32,000 nt of DNA from an uncultured Clostridia bacterium. Its GTDB lineage: Bacteria > Bacillota > Clostridia > TANB77 > CAG-508. How positions within the stretch are numbered: position 1 is the first letter of the stretch; the number at the start of each line of letters is the position of its first letter. The stretch spans positions 13,018 through 45,017 of the forward strand of contig CANQSV010000001.1 in NCBI GenBank assembly GCA_947626605.1, written 5' to 3'. Below the pieces are notes generated by a model. It saw only the letters and a list, made by a program, of their open reading frames with translations, was not told the DNA's origin and made no database searches. The position numbers and the translations under genes were made by a program. This document shows positions 9,309 through 18,257 of the stretch, one piece after another.

Positions 9309-9367
9309 GCGGAACTTAGATTTTCTTAAAATTTGCATTTGTTAGAAAATCTTAGTTCCGCTTTTTT
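9309..9367 (+). terminator. Long hairpin plus T6, oriented as a plus-strand terminator; lies just downstream of the minus-strand valS stop
   Basis: GCGGAACTTAGATTTTC (9309-9325) / GAAAATCTTAGTTCCGC (9345-9361): 17 bp with one T-T mismatch and a 19-nt loop, then TTTTTT (9362-9367). Confidence 0.5.
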
Positions 9368-9371
9368 ACTA

Positions 9372-12047
9372 TTATAATTCTTTTAGTCTTCCCTCTAAAT
9401 TTTTAAGCATCTCTTGATATTTTTCAAGTTTCTCTTTTTCTTCTTGTATTTTGGCTTTTGGTGCCTTTGAAACAAATCCTGGATTGTTTAGCATTTTACT
9501 TGCTCTTTCTATCTCGGCTTCTATTTTCTTTTTCTCCCCTGCTAGTCTGCTTCTTTCAGCTTCTATATCCACTAATTCTTCAAGTGGTATAAATAATTCA
9601 ATATCTTCACCTAATATTGATATAGCGTTTTTTGAAATTCCTTCTTTGTCGCTTTGAACTATTATATCTTCTGCAAAGCCCAATTTTTTTAGAAAGCTTT
9701 CAGATTCTTGTATCATTTCTTGATACTTCTTAGTAACAAATATTAATTTTGATTTTTTAGAAGGATGAACATTCATTTTAGCTCTTATATTTCTTATTTC
9801 TACTATAATGTCTTTTATCTTTTCCATCATCTCTTCTTCTTTTTCAAAGCTAATTTTTTCATCATACTTTGGCCATTTACTTACCATTAATTCTTTATCA
9901 TTGTATTTTGCTAAAGAAGAATATATTTTAGATGTTATAAATGGCATTATTGGATGTAATAATTTTAATGCTAATCCAAATACATAATCTAAGCACCAAC
10001 ACACTGATATTTTTTCTTCTTTATCTTCACTATATAATCTTGTTTTTGCAATTTCAATATACCAATCGCAAAATTCATTCCATATGAAATTGTACATTTT
10101 CTCTAATGCAACACCAAAATCATAGCTTTCAATATTTTGTGTAACTTCTTTAATTAATGTATTTAGTTTATTTATTATCCATCTATCTTCTATCTTTAAT
10201 AAACTAGATTTAAATTCTTTTTTCTCTTTATCATAAACTTTTTCATGGAACTCTATGATATCTTCATCTTCTACTGAATTCATTGTTATAAATTTTGCTG
10301 CATTCCATATTTTATTACAGAAATTAGATGCTTGCTCTAATTTTTCTGGCATAAATTTAATATCATTTCCTGCTGAAATTCCATATATTAGAGAAAATCT
10401 TAAACTATCTGTTCCATATTTTTCTATTATATCTAATGGATCTATTCCATTTCCTAATGATTTAGACATTTTTCTTCCTTGACTGTCTCTAACTATTCCA
10501 TGTATTAACACATCTGAAAATGGCTTTTCTCCCATACATTCCATTCCTGAGAAAATCATTCTAGCAACCCAAAATGTTATAATATCATATCCTGTAACTA
10601 ACACATTTGTTGGATAGAATCTTTTTAAATCTTCTGAATTTTTATTTGGCCATCCTAAAGTTGAAAATGCCCATAAAGCTGAACTAAACCATGTATCTAG
10701 AGTATCCTTATCTTGATTAATATTTTTACTTCCACACTTCTCACATTTACCTGGGTTTCCTTTAGAAACAGTTATATGTCCACATTCATCGCAATAATAT
10801 GCTGGTATTCTATGTCCCCACCATATTTGACGTGAAATACACCAATCCTGTATATTATTCATCCAGTTAAAATATGTTTTTTCATATTTTTTAGGTATAA
10901 ACTTTATCTCTCCATGTTGAACTTTCTCTATTGCTGGCTTTGCTAATTCACTCATTTTTACAAACCATTGATCTGATATTTTTGGTTCTATTGTATGCTT
11001 ACATCTTTCACATTTTGCAACATTATGTGTATATGCTTCTTCTTTTACTAAAGCCCCTATTTCTTTTAGTTTCTCAACAATCTTTATTCTAGCTTCTTTT
11101 AATTCCATACCTTTATATTCTGGAACTAAATCGCCCATTTTAAAGTCTTTGTCAAAGACTTCAATTATCTCTAAATTGTGTCTTAATCCTGCTTGATAGT
11201 CATTCATATCATGTGCTGGTGTTATCTTAACACAACCAGTTCCAAATTCTTTTTCAACAAAAGGATCTGCTATAATTGGAATCTCTTTGTTCATAATAGG
11301 TAAGATACATTTTTTTCCTACTATATCTTTATATCGTTCATCACTTGGATGTACTGCAACAGCTGTATCTCCTAGCATTGTTTCTGGTCTAGTAGTTGCT
11401 ACTACTACATATTTATCTTTTTCTCCTACTATTGGATATCTTATATGCCATAAATGTGAATCTTCCTCATGATACTCAACCTCTATGTCTGATACTGATG
11501 TATTACAATTTGTGCACCAGTTAACCATTCTTCTACCTCTATAAATATATCCTTTTTTATATAAATTCAAAAACTGCTCTAATACCGCATTTGACATTCC
11601 TTCATCTAATGTAAATCTAGAACGTTCCCAATCACAAGAACATCCCAATTTTCTTTGTTGTGTTTGAATTGTATCACCATATAAACGTGTCCAAGCCCAA
11701 GCTTCTTCTAAAAATTTTTCTCTTCCTATTTCGTATTTTGTTTTTCCTTCACTTCTTAATTTTTCAACTACTTTCATTTCTGTTGAAATAGCTGAATGGT
11801 CTGTTCCTGGTAACCATAAGGTTTCAAACCCCTGCATTCTCTTAAATCTTATTAGTATATCTTGTAAAGTATCATCTAATGCATGCCCCATATGTAATTT
11901 TCCTGTTACATTAGGTGGTGGCATCATTATACAAAAAGATTCTGCCCCCTCTTTTTTTACTGGCTTAAAATATCCTTTTTCTTCCCATTCTTTATATAGG
12001 GATTCTTCAAAATCTTTTGGATTATATTTTTCACTAAGTTTTATCAT
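9372..12047 (-). CDS. valS: Valine--tRNA ligase
   Basis: 891 aa. HIGH-type motif (KLHMGHALD), KMSKS (RKMSKSLGN), an editing-domain region, and the C-terminal coiled coil typical of ValRS. A T-box leader lies upstream. Confidence 0.97.
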   Translation of the reverse strand: MIKLSEKYNPKDFEESLYKEWEEKGYFKPVKKEGAESFCIMMPPPNVTGKLHMGHALDDTLQDILIRFKRMQGFETLWLPGTDHSAISTEMKVVEKLRSEGKTKYEIGREKFLEEAWAWTRLYGDTIQTQQRKLGCSCDWERSRFTLDEGMSNAVLEQFLNLYKKGYIYRGRRMVNWCTNCNTSVSDIEVEYHEEDSHLWHIRYPIVGEKDKYVVVATTRPETMLGDTAVAVHPSDERYKDIVGKKCILPIMNKEIPIIADPFVEKEFGTGCVKITPAHDMNDYQAGLRHNLEIIEVFDKDFKMGDLVPEYKGMELKEARIKIVEKLKEIGALVKEEAYTHNVAKCERCKHTIEPKISDQWFVKMSELAKPAIEKVQHGEIKFIPKKYEKTYFNWMNNIQDWCISRQIWWGHRIPAYYCDECGHITVSKGNPGKCEKCGSKNINQDKDTLDTWFSSALWAFSTLGWPNKNSEDLKRFYPTNVLVTGYDIITFWVARMIFSGMECMGEKPFSDVLIHGIVRDSQGRKMSKSLGNGIDPLDIIEKYGTDSLRFSLIYGISAGNDIKFMPEKLEQASNFCNKIWNAAKFITMNSVEDEDIIEFHEKVYDKEKKEFKSSLLKIEDRWIINKLNTLIKEVTQNIESYDFGVALEKMYNFIWNEFCDWYIEIAKTRLYSEDKEEKISVCWCLDYVFGLALKLLHPIMPFITSKIYSSLAKYNDKELMVSKWPKYDEKISFEKEEEMMEKIKDIIVEIRNIRAKMNVHPSKKSKLIFVTKKYQEMIQESESFLKKLGFAEDIIVQSDKEGISKNAISILGEDIELFIPLEELVDIEAERSRLAGEKKKIEAEIERASKMLNNPGFVSKAPKAKIQEEKEKLEKYQEMLKNLEGRLKEL

Positions 12048-12050
12048 TTA

Positions 12051-12569
12051 CTATTCCCCTTTTTCTTTATTTAGATTTTGCTCTCTTTCGCTATTAGATT
12101 TGTTATTTAATAAATTAAATATTATATTCATTCTACTAGAAGTTAGTATTCTTCTAGTTTCCTTTACTAAATCTGTTTCTTCTTCGCCATTTTGTTTAAA
12201 TTGTACTTTTTCTTTAATTTCTTTTAGTCTATTAAAATCTTCTTCTGATACTAATGGTACTCCACCTTTAGCTATTTTGACCATAATACTTTGCACAAAC
12301 AAATAATCTTTTTGAGATTCTGTTAAATCCCATTCATCAATTTTCTCTACTGATTCTGGACTTTCTTCTTTTGCAACTTCTCTTAGACTTTCATATTTAT
12401 TGTTTATGTTCATTCCCTTTTTATCTATCTCTATAAATTTTTCTCCACCAACAATTTCTGAAAACAATTCACATTTTTTTCTTTTTATTGCTTCATCCAA
12501 CTCCTCTATTGACACCCCTTGTATTTCTTCTTGCTTTAATGCAATTTTATCCTCTAAAGATAAACTCAT
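12051..12569 (-). CDS. Hypothetical acidic Glu/Lys-rich protein, first gene downstream of the T-box and translationally coupled to valS
   Basis: 172-codon ORF in an AT-rich background. AAGGAGA lies 9 nt before ATG 12569. The TAG stop (12051-12053) is 3 nt from the valS ATG. No TM segment and no motif I recognise. Confidence 0.7.
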   Translation of the reverse strand: MSLSLEDKIALKQEEIQGVSIEELDEAIKRKKCELFSEIVGGEKFIEIDKKGMNINNKYESLREVAKEESPESVEKIDEWDLTESQKDYLFVQSIMVKIAKGGVPLVSEEDFNRLKEIKEKVQFKQNGEEETDLVKETRRILTSSRMNIIFNLLNNKSNSEREQNLNKEKGE

Positions 12570-12611
12570 AAAAAATCATCTCCTTATAAAATATTATTCT
12601 TAGGTTACCTA

Positions 12612-12866
12612 ATGCATAAAGACCTCACCCTATAAGGGCGAGGTCTTATCTCACGGTACCACCTTAATTAATATATAATCAAAAAATTATATACACTTTA
12701 CTAGCTTTTAACGTTGCTAAAACGAATATACCTACTTTTATTTTCGATATATCAACTCCAAAGCTACCTTCAGTTTTCTTTTCTATAAGAAGCTTCCAGC
12801 TATAACTTCTTTTCTCTAAATAGTAAGTAAAACCTACTCCTCTTCTTCATTGTCTTTTTTATTTAA
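12612..12866 (-). promoter_or_regulatory. T-box riboswitch leader (probable Val specifier GUA)
   Basis: Minus strand: AGAGA bulge, distal-loop GCUGGAAG, specifier loop CUGAAGGUAGC (GUA is the reverse complement of 12765-12767), F-box-like CGUUA, T-box sequence AAUUAAGGUGGUACCGUG (12652-12669), then a terminator hairpin. Confidence 0.85.
12619..12647 (-). terminator. T-box terminator helix (alternative to the antiterminator)
   Basis: Minus-strand RNA AAGACCUCGCCC-UUAUA-GGGUGAGGUCUU (12-bp stem with one G-U), overlapping the 3' side of the T-box sequence. The U-tract is only modest. Confidence 0.7.
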
Positions 12867-12873
12867 TGGTTCT

Positions 12874-12902
12874 ATTATATCACTAATTTTTATTTATTAC
12901 AA
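12874..12902 (-). promoter_or_regulatory. Sigma-A-type promoter of the T-box/valS operon
   Basis: On the minus strand, TTGTAA (12897-12902), 17 nt, TATAAT (12874-12879). Confidence 0.6.
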
Positions 12903-12907
12903 TACTT

Positions 12908-13672
12908 TTATTGAGCAGAAAATGAATTTATATCTATTCCATATGCATCCATTAACCATTTATAATAATCAAATGCTTCTATTGTTTCTGGAGCATCATA
13001 TTTTCCACCTTTAGTATCTACAGTCATCTTTGTTATTACTGGAGCTTCTTTAGGTTCTGTAGTTTTTGTTTCTTTCTTTGTTTCTTCATCTTTTTCTGTT
13101 TTTCTTTCTACCTTAGCAACTTTTTTAATAACATCCATTCCCTCTACTACTTTACCAAAAACTGCATACTGACCACTATATTCAGTATAGTCTCCTGTTG
13201 CTATAAAGAATTCAGATGAAGCAGCATCCATAGAATAATATGATGTTGCCATTGCAATATATCCCTCTTCTAATGGTAAATTATTTTCTGTATATCCATT
13301 ATAATATGCTTCTGCTTTAATTGCATATGTTTTGTCTTTGTCTGACCCCTTTTCAATTTTTGGATTTACTGCACTTAATGGTGCTGAACCAGTTCCATTA
13401 CCAGTTCCATCACCTGCTTGTACTGTTAAATCATCTATTGAATAAAAAGTTAATCCATTATAGTATCCACTATTTATTAATGCAATAAAATTTTTTACTG
13501 TATTTGGTGCTTTATCTGGATATAGTTCTAATTTTACTGTTCCAAAATTTTTTATTTCCATAGTTACAATTGGATTTTCTGGTTTATATGTTGCCTTTCT
13601 AAAATATCCATAACATAATGTTCCTATTAAAACTATAACTATTATTGTACAAATAACTAATACTTTTTTCAT
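12908..13672 (-). CDS. Membrane-anchored cyclophilin-type peptidyl-prolyl isomerase homologue
   Basis: N-terminal hydrophobic anchor, then a cyclophilin fold signature (ELYPDKAPNTVKNF, YYNGLTF, VQAGDG, SEFFI, YAVFGKVVEGMDVIKKV), then a charged C-terminal extension. RBS GGGAGGA. Confidence 0.8.
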   Translation of the reverse strand: MKKVLVICTIIVIVLIGTLCYGYFRKATYKPENPIVTMEIKNFGTVKLELYPDKAPNTVKNFIALINSGYYNGLTFYSIDDLTVQAGDGTGNGTGSAPLSAVNPKIEKGSDKDKTYAIKAEAYYNGYTENNLPLEEGYIAMATSYYSMDAASSEFFIATGDYTEYSGQYAVFGKVVEGMDVIKKVAKVERKTEKDEETKKETKTTEPKEAPVITKMTVDTKGGKYDAPETIEAFDYYKWLMDAYGIDINSFSAQ

Positions 13673-13713
13673 TTTTATCCTCCCATAATTATAATAAATT
13701 GTTTTGTTCTATT

Positions 13714-14787
13714 TTATACCATTAAATTGTCAAAAGCAAACTGCTCTTGCATTCTTCTTAAAGATTGCTTTATAGAATTTGCCCTTACTTCTCCAATTCC
13801 TTCTACATCATCTAAGTCTTGTATCTCAGCTACTAATATATTTTGAAAATTTTTAAAATCTTGAATTAAATTCTCCACTATATTATTTGGCATTTTGGGA
13901 ATTTTATTTAATATTCTATATCCTTTTGGATATACTGCCTTTTCTTCATAATTATCAGAGACATCATATCCTAATAGTTTTGCAATATTCTGTTCCTTTA
14001 ACAAATCTTCTCTATCTAAAGCTATTATTTCATCTAACACTTTTTCTGCACTTTTTCTTTTTGTTTTAAGATAATCTTTTATTATAAATAGTTCTTCTTT
14101 TTCTACATTTCCTATTAATTCTTCAAGCTGCATTTTTATTAATCTTCCGTCTTCACCCAGTTCGTATATATTTCTTTGAACTTCTTCTGATACTTTCATT
14201 ACCATTTCTGCTCTTTGTATTGCAGAAACTACATTATCTAGTGTTACTATATCATTGAATTCATATTCATTTAGAGTATTTAATTTTGTATCAAAAACTT
14301 TTCTGTAATTATCTAGAGTTTGTAAAGCTTGATTTGCTTTTGTAATTGACTTTGATGCATCTTCGATTACATATTTAAGGTTATCCTTATATATAGTTAT
14401 TATGCTTCTTCTTTGAGATATACTTATAACTAGTTCTTTAGTTTGCTTAGCTGTACGTTCTGCTGTTCTATGCCTTGTTCCGGTTTCTTTTGTTGGAATT
14501 AGATATGATGGAATTAATTGAGCATTTGCGTATAATATTTTTTTCAAATCAGAACTTAATACTATTGCTCCATCCATTTTTGCCAATTCATATAACCTAG
14601 AAGCTGTATAATCAACATTTATAAAAAAGCCACCATCTACTATATCTAAAACTTCTTTAGAATCTCCTATAACAATTAATGCACCTGTTTTTGATTTAAG
14701 AATATTTTCTAATCCTAATCTTATTTCAGTTCCTGGAGCAATCATCTTTAGTATATCTACCATAGTATCTTCACTATTTTGCCTCAC
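13714..14787 (-). CDS. disA: DNA integrity scanning protein DisA (diadenylate cyclase)
   Basis: DAC-domain motifs DGA (KMDGAIVL) and RHR (GTRHRTAER), plus a C-terminal HhH region (GIGEVRANSIKQSL). GTG start at 14787 follows AAAGGTG and overlaps the radA stop as GTGA. An alternative ATG lies at 14763. Confidence 0.9.
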   Translation of the reverse strand: MRQNSEDTMVDILKMIAPGTEIRLGLENILKSKTGALIVIGDSKEVLDIVDGGFFINVDYTASRLYELAKMDGAIVLSSDLKKILYANAQLIPSYLIPTKETGTRHRTAERTAKQTKELVISISQRRSIITIYKDNLKYVIEDASKSITKANQALQTLDNYRKVFDTKLNTLNEYEFNDIVTLDNVVSAIQRAEMVMKVSEEVQRNIYELGEDGRLIKMQLEELIGNVEKEELFIIKDYLKTKRKSAEKVLDEIIALDREDLLKEQNIAKLLGYDVSDNYEEKAVYPKGYRILNKIPKMPNNIVENLIQDFKNFQNILVAEIQDLDDVEGIGEVRANSIKQSLRRMQEQFAFDNLMV

Positions 14788-16143
14788 CTTAAACTCACAC
14801 CTTTCATTGCTTCAGTTATATTCTTCACGCCTATTATATCTAATTTATACTTTTCTTTCAATAGCTTTTTATTACTTTCTGGAATAATACATGTTTTAAA
14901 TCCCAATTTTTCTGCTTCCTTTATTCTTTTTTCAATCATATTTACTCTTCTAACTTCACCTGTTAAACCAACTTCACCTATAACAACTACATCTTTTCCT
15001 ATAGGAATATTTTTTAAACTAGACGCTACTGCAAGAATCATTCCTAAATCTATTGCTGGTTCATTTATTTTTGTTCCACTTACTACATTTAAATATATAT
15101 CTTGATTTCCTAAAACCAGTCCTACTTTTTTCTCTAAAACTGCTGCTAGAAGTGTAAGTCTATTATAGTCTACACCATTAGCTGTTCTTCTCGGGAAACC
15201 AAATACACTAGTTGCTGTTAGTGCTTGTAATTCTACTAATAATGGTCTTGTACCTTCAATACTTGCCACAATAACTGAACCTGCTGGATTTTCTTCTCTT
15301 TCTGAAATAAGTATAGATGATGGATTCGTTATTTCTGTTAATCCTTCATTTTGCATTTCAAACATTCCTATTTCATTTGTAGAACCAAACCTATTTTTTA
15401 CTCCTCTTAATATTCTATAAGAAAAATATCTTTCTCCTTCTAAATATAGAACTGTATCCACCATATGTTCTAACACTCTTGGCCCTGCTATATTTCCATC
15501 TTTAGTAACATGCCCAATTATAATAGTAGTTATTAAATTTGCTTTGCAAATTTTCATAATTCTAGCTGTTATTTTCCTTACTTGACTTACACTTCCGAGC
15601 TGCAGAAGTTATTTCGTCTGAATACATGGTCTGAATTGAATCTATTATTACTAATTTTGGGTTTATATCTAATATTGTATTTTCAATTATTTCTATATCG
15701 GTTTCTCCTAAAAACAGTAAGTTTTCATTATTTATTCCTAATCTATCTGCACGTAATTTAATTTGTTCTGCAGATTCTTCTCCTGATACATATAAAACCT
15801 TACCATCTGTTTTCAATTTCTGGCAAATCTGAAGTATTAGTGTTGACTTTCCTATACCTGGCTCTCCACCTAATAAAATTAAGGAACCATTGACTAAACC
15901 TCCCCCTAACACTCTATCCAATTCATTAAAACCTGTTGAAATTCTAGATGCTTCTTTTCCTTCTATTTTAGATAATTGTATTGGAGTTACATTTTTCTTT
16001 TCTTTAGTAGTAGTTCCAGAATTTTTTACTAATTTTTCTTCATAGAAAGTATTCCATTCATTACATCCTGGACATTTTCCTAACCACTTAGCAGACTCAT
16101 AACCACAGCTATTACACACAAAAACTGTTTTTGTTTTAGCCAT
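14784..16143 (-). pseudogene. radA: DNA repair protein RadA/Sms with a broken reading frame (apparent 1-nt insertion near 15595-15600)
   Basis: The N-terminal ORF (15562-16143) has the zinc finger CNSCGYESAKWLGKCPGCNEW and Walker A GEPGIGKST. The C-terminal frame (open from 15608 to 14784) reads GSVSQVRKITARIMKICK...GHVTKDG...KNRFG plus a Lon-like domain. The two frames differ by +1 and join at ...DEITSA | GSVSQV. Confidence 0.75.
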
Positions 16144-16171
16144 TTTTTCCTCCTACATTAAAATTAAATCT

Positions 16172-16200
16172 ATTTTACTATATGAATTTATTTTTATCAA
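16172..16200 (-). promoter_or_regulatory. Sigma-A-type promoter of radA-disA
   Basis: On the minus strand, TTGATA (16195-16200), 17 nt, TAAAAT (16172-16177). Confidence 0.55.
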
Positions 16201-16255
16201 GAAATAAAAATTAGTACATATTCTTTCAAATCCATAAGCATATTGCAAACAATTA

Positions 16256-16279
16256 GGAGCTGACGTTCTCGACAGCCCC
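16256..16279 (-). terminator. Possible terminator hairpin after the GH15 gene
   Basis: Minus-strand RNA GGGGCUGUCG-AGAA-CGUCAGCUCC: a 10-bp stem with one U-U mismatch and one G-U pair. The U-tract is weak. Confidence 0.4.
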
Positions 16280-16307
16280 TAAAGACTTTATATTTTTCTA
16301 ATACACT

Positions 16308-18212
16308 CTATAATTTATTTACAATTTTACTTAGTACAATTACAAACATTGCATGAGACCAACCTAAAGCATTAACCCATGCTGGATCCATAGTTTCATT
16401 ATCTACTTGTTCAGGAATAAATCCATGTTTTGTAGCAGACCTTATAACATAATTAAAACATTCTTTAGCAGATTCTTTATCTCCTGCTTCTATATAATAT
16501 AATGCCATCCACAAAGTAGATATTGGCCATGGATTTTGTCCTCCCATGTAATGATCTCCTTCAAATCTCAAATATCCACCTGTATAAGTTCTTAAAGTCA
16601 TATTTATTTTTTCAACAGTATTTAACACTTTCTTTTCAGTTGGACTAAATACATTAAATGGCACTACACTTCCTATAATACTTACATCTGTTTTTGTATC
16701 TTCCAAGTTTCTCTTTAGACATTTTTGCTCATCATTGTATAGATTTTCTAATATATATTTTTTGATGTCTCTAATATACTTTTCCAATTCTTGCTTTTCA
16801 TTTCTTAAATTTTCTTGCTTTATTCTATTATTATCAAATGTACTGAATATTTCTTCATCAATTTTCATAAAAGCTTCAAATGCAGATATAATACTTGCTA
16901 ATGAATATAAATGTACTCCTTCATGCATTTCCCAAATATCATAACTTACATGCATTTTATTTTCACCTTTAATCAAATCATCAACATACTTTTTCAAAAA
17001 TTTAACAGCTTTTTCACACATTTTCAAAGTATCTTTTAAAAATTTAATATCTTTTACTATTTTGTAATGTTCGTATATTCCATGAATTACACTAGCTGTT
17101 TCATCAATTTGATATCCCCAACAAGGTGCTAATCTTCCGTCTGAAAAAAATCTTTGTTCCCACATTCCATTTGCACTCTGTGTATTTTTGCAAAATACTT
17201 TATAAAATTTTTCTGTGTCTTTTTTCATATCTAAAATATCCAAAGCTTTTGTCATAAATACTGCATCTCTTGGCCAACAATAGCCATATCTTCCACAATG
17301 TTCAAAATTTTCATCTACTTCTACAGAAGCCATTATTCCTCCTGTATTTTGATTAGATAACAAAGGAAATAGCAATATGCTTCTTTTTAATATATTCTGA
17401 ATCTTCTCCTCATATTGATTTTTTATTTCTTTATATCCGATAGTAAGATGTTCTTTCAAATATCTTTTCCAATATGCTTTTGATGATTTATATTCTTTTT
17501 CTATTTCTGTCTTTTTTAATTTATCTATTTCTTTTTCTATTTCTGATATATTATAAACTTGATTATTATCATTAATATAAATAAGAATATCTAACTCTTT
17601 TTCTTCTCCCGGTTTTATTAATCCTATATTATAAACTATTCCTGAATCTGAAGACATTCCTATATAATCTTTATCGTACAAATTTCCAGAAATAATATTG
17701 TTAGCTGTACCATGAATTTGATGTTCTATAACATTATTTTTAGTTGCAAATGTGCAAATAGAATAATTATGATTATATTGTATCATTCCAGAATCTATAA
17801 CTCTACAACTAACAAAATCTGAATTGTCTGAAATTATTTTTGAATGTATTAAAAACTTTATATCTAAATCTATAACATTTTCATTAATAAATGTGTATTT
17901 TTTTATTAAAATATTTTTCTTCACTTCTACAAAATCTACTTGATTTATTTTCAAGTTAAAGTAAGTGTTTTTTATTTCTGTATTTAATATATTAGTATCT
18001 TCCTCATAATTTTGGTCATAAACATTATTTATATCATTATGAGTATAAATTATATTTGAATCGTTTATTTTTACTCCTGTATGGAAAAAATCTATAAATT
18101 GTCTATAATCACAACATGGCGTATATAATCTTAGCAATTCACCGTTTTTTGTATAGCTTGCTAACATCTCATTGTTTCCTATTATTGCATCATTAAAATA
18201 TTTGGTTTCCAT
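16308..18212 (-). CDS. Glycoside hydrolase family 15 protein (glucoamylase/glucodextranase/trehalase-like), no signal peptide
   Basis: 634 aa. N-terminal beta-domain start (AIIGNNEMLASYTKNGELL), GYCWPRDAVF (GH15 W-x-RD signature), and an (alpha/alpha)6-type C-terminal half (WMALYYIEAGD...). Confidence 0.8.
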   Translation of the reverse strand: METKYFNDAIIGNNEMLASYTKNGELLRLYTPCCDYRQFIDFFHTGVKINDSNIIYTHNDINNVYDQNYEEDTNILNTEIKNTYFNLKINQVDFVEVKKNILIKKYTFINENVIDLDIKFLIHSKIISDNSDFVSCRVIDSGMIQYNHNYSICTFATKNNVIEHQIHGTANNIISGNLYDKDYIGMSSDSGIVYNIGLIKPGEEKELDILIYINDNNQVYNISEIEKEIDKLKKTEIEKEYKSSKAYWKRYLKEHLTIGYKEIKNQYEEKIQNILKRSILLFPLLSNQNTGGIMASVEVDENFEHCGRYGYCWPRDAVFMTKALDILDMKKDTEKFYKVFCKNTQSANGMWEQRFFSDGRLAPCWGYQIDETASVIHGIYEHYKIVKDIKFLKDTLKMCEKAVKFLKKYVDDLIKGENKMHVSYDIWEMHEGVHLYSLASIISAFEAFMKIDEEIFSTFDNNRIKQENLRNEKQELEKYIRDIKKYILENLYNDEQKCLKRNLEDTKTDVSIIGSVVPFNVFSPTEKKVLNTVEKINMTLRTYTGGYLRFEGDHYMGGQNPWPISTLWMALYYIEAGDKESAKECFNYVIRSATKHGFIPEQVDNETMDPAWVNALGWSHAMFVIVLSKIVNKL

Positions 18213-18257
18213 ATATTAAAATCTTCCTTTCAGATTCCTGCACTATAGTATATAAAT

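Noticed and set aside
12765-12768. Alternative reading of the T-box specifier as GGU (glycine) directly after the GAA of the specifier loop
   Set aside because: Pairing of the helix below the loop (AAGAG with CUUU) leaves the loop 3' side as GAAGGUAG. The codon therefore sits just before the closing purine and reads GUA (Val), matching the downstream valS. The register was judged by eye and is not certain.
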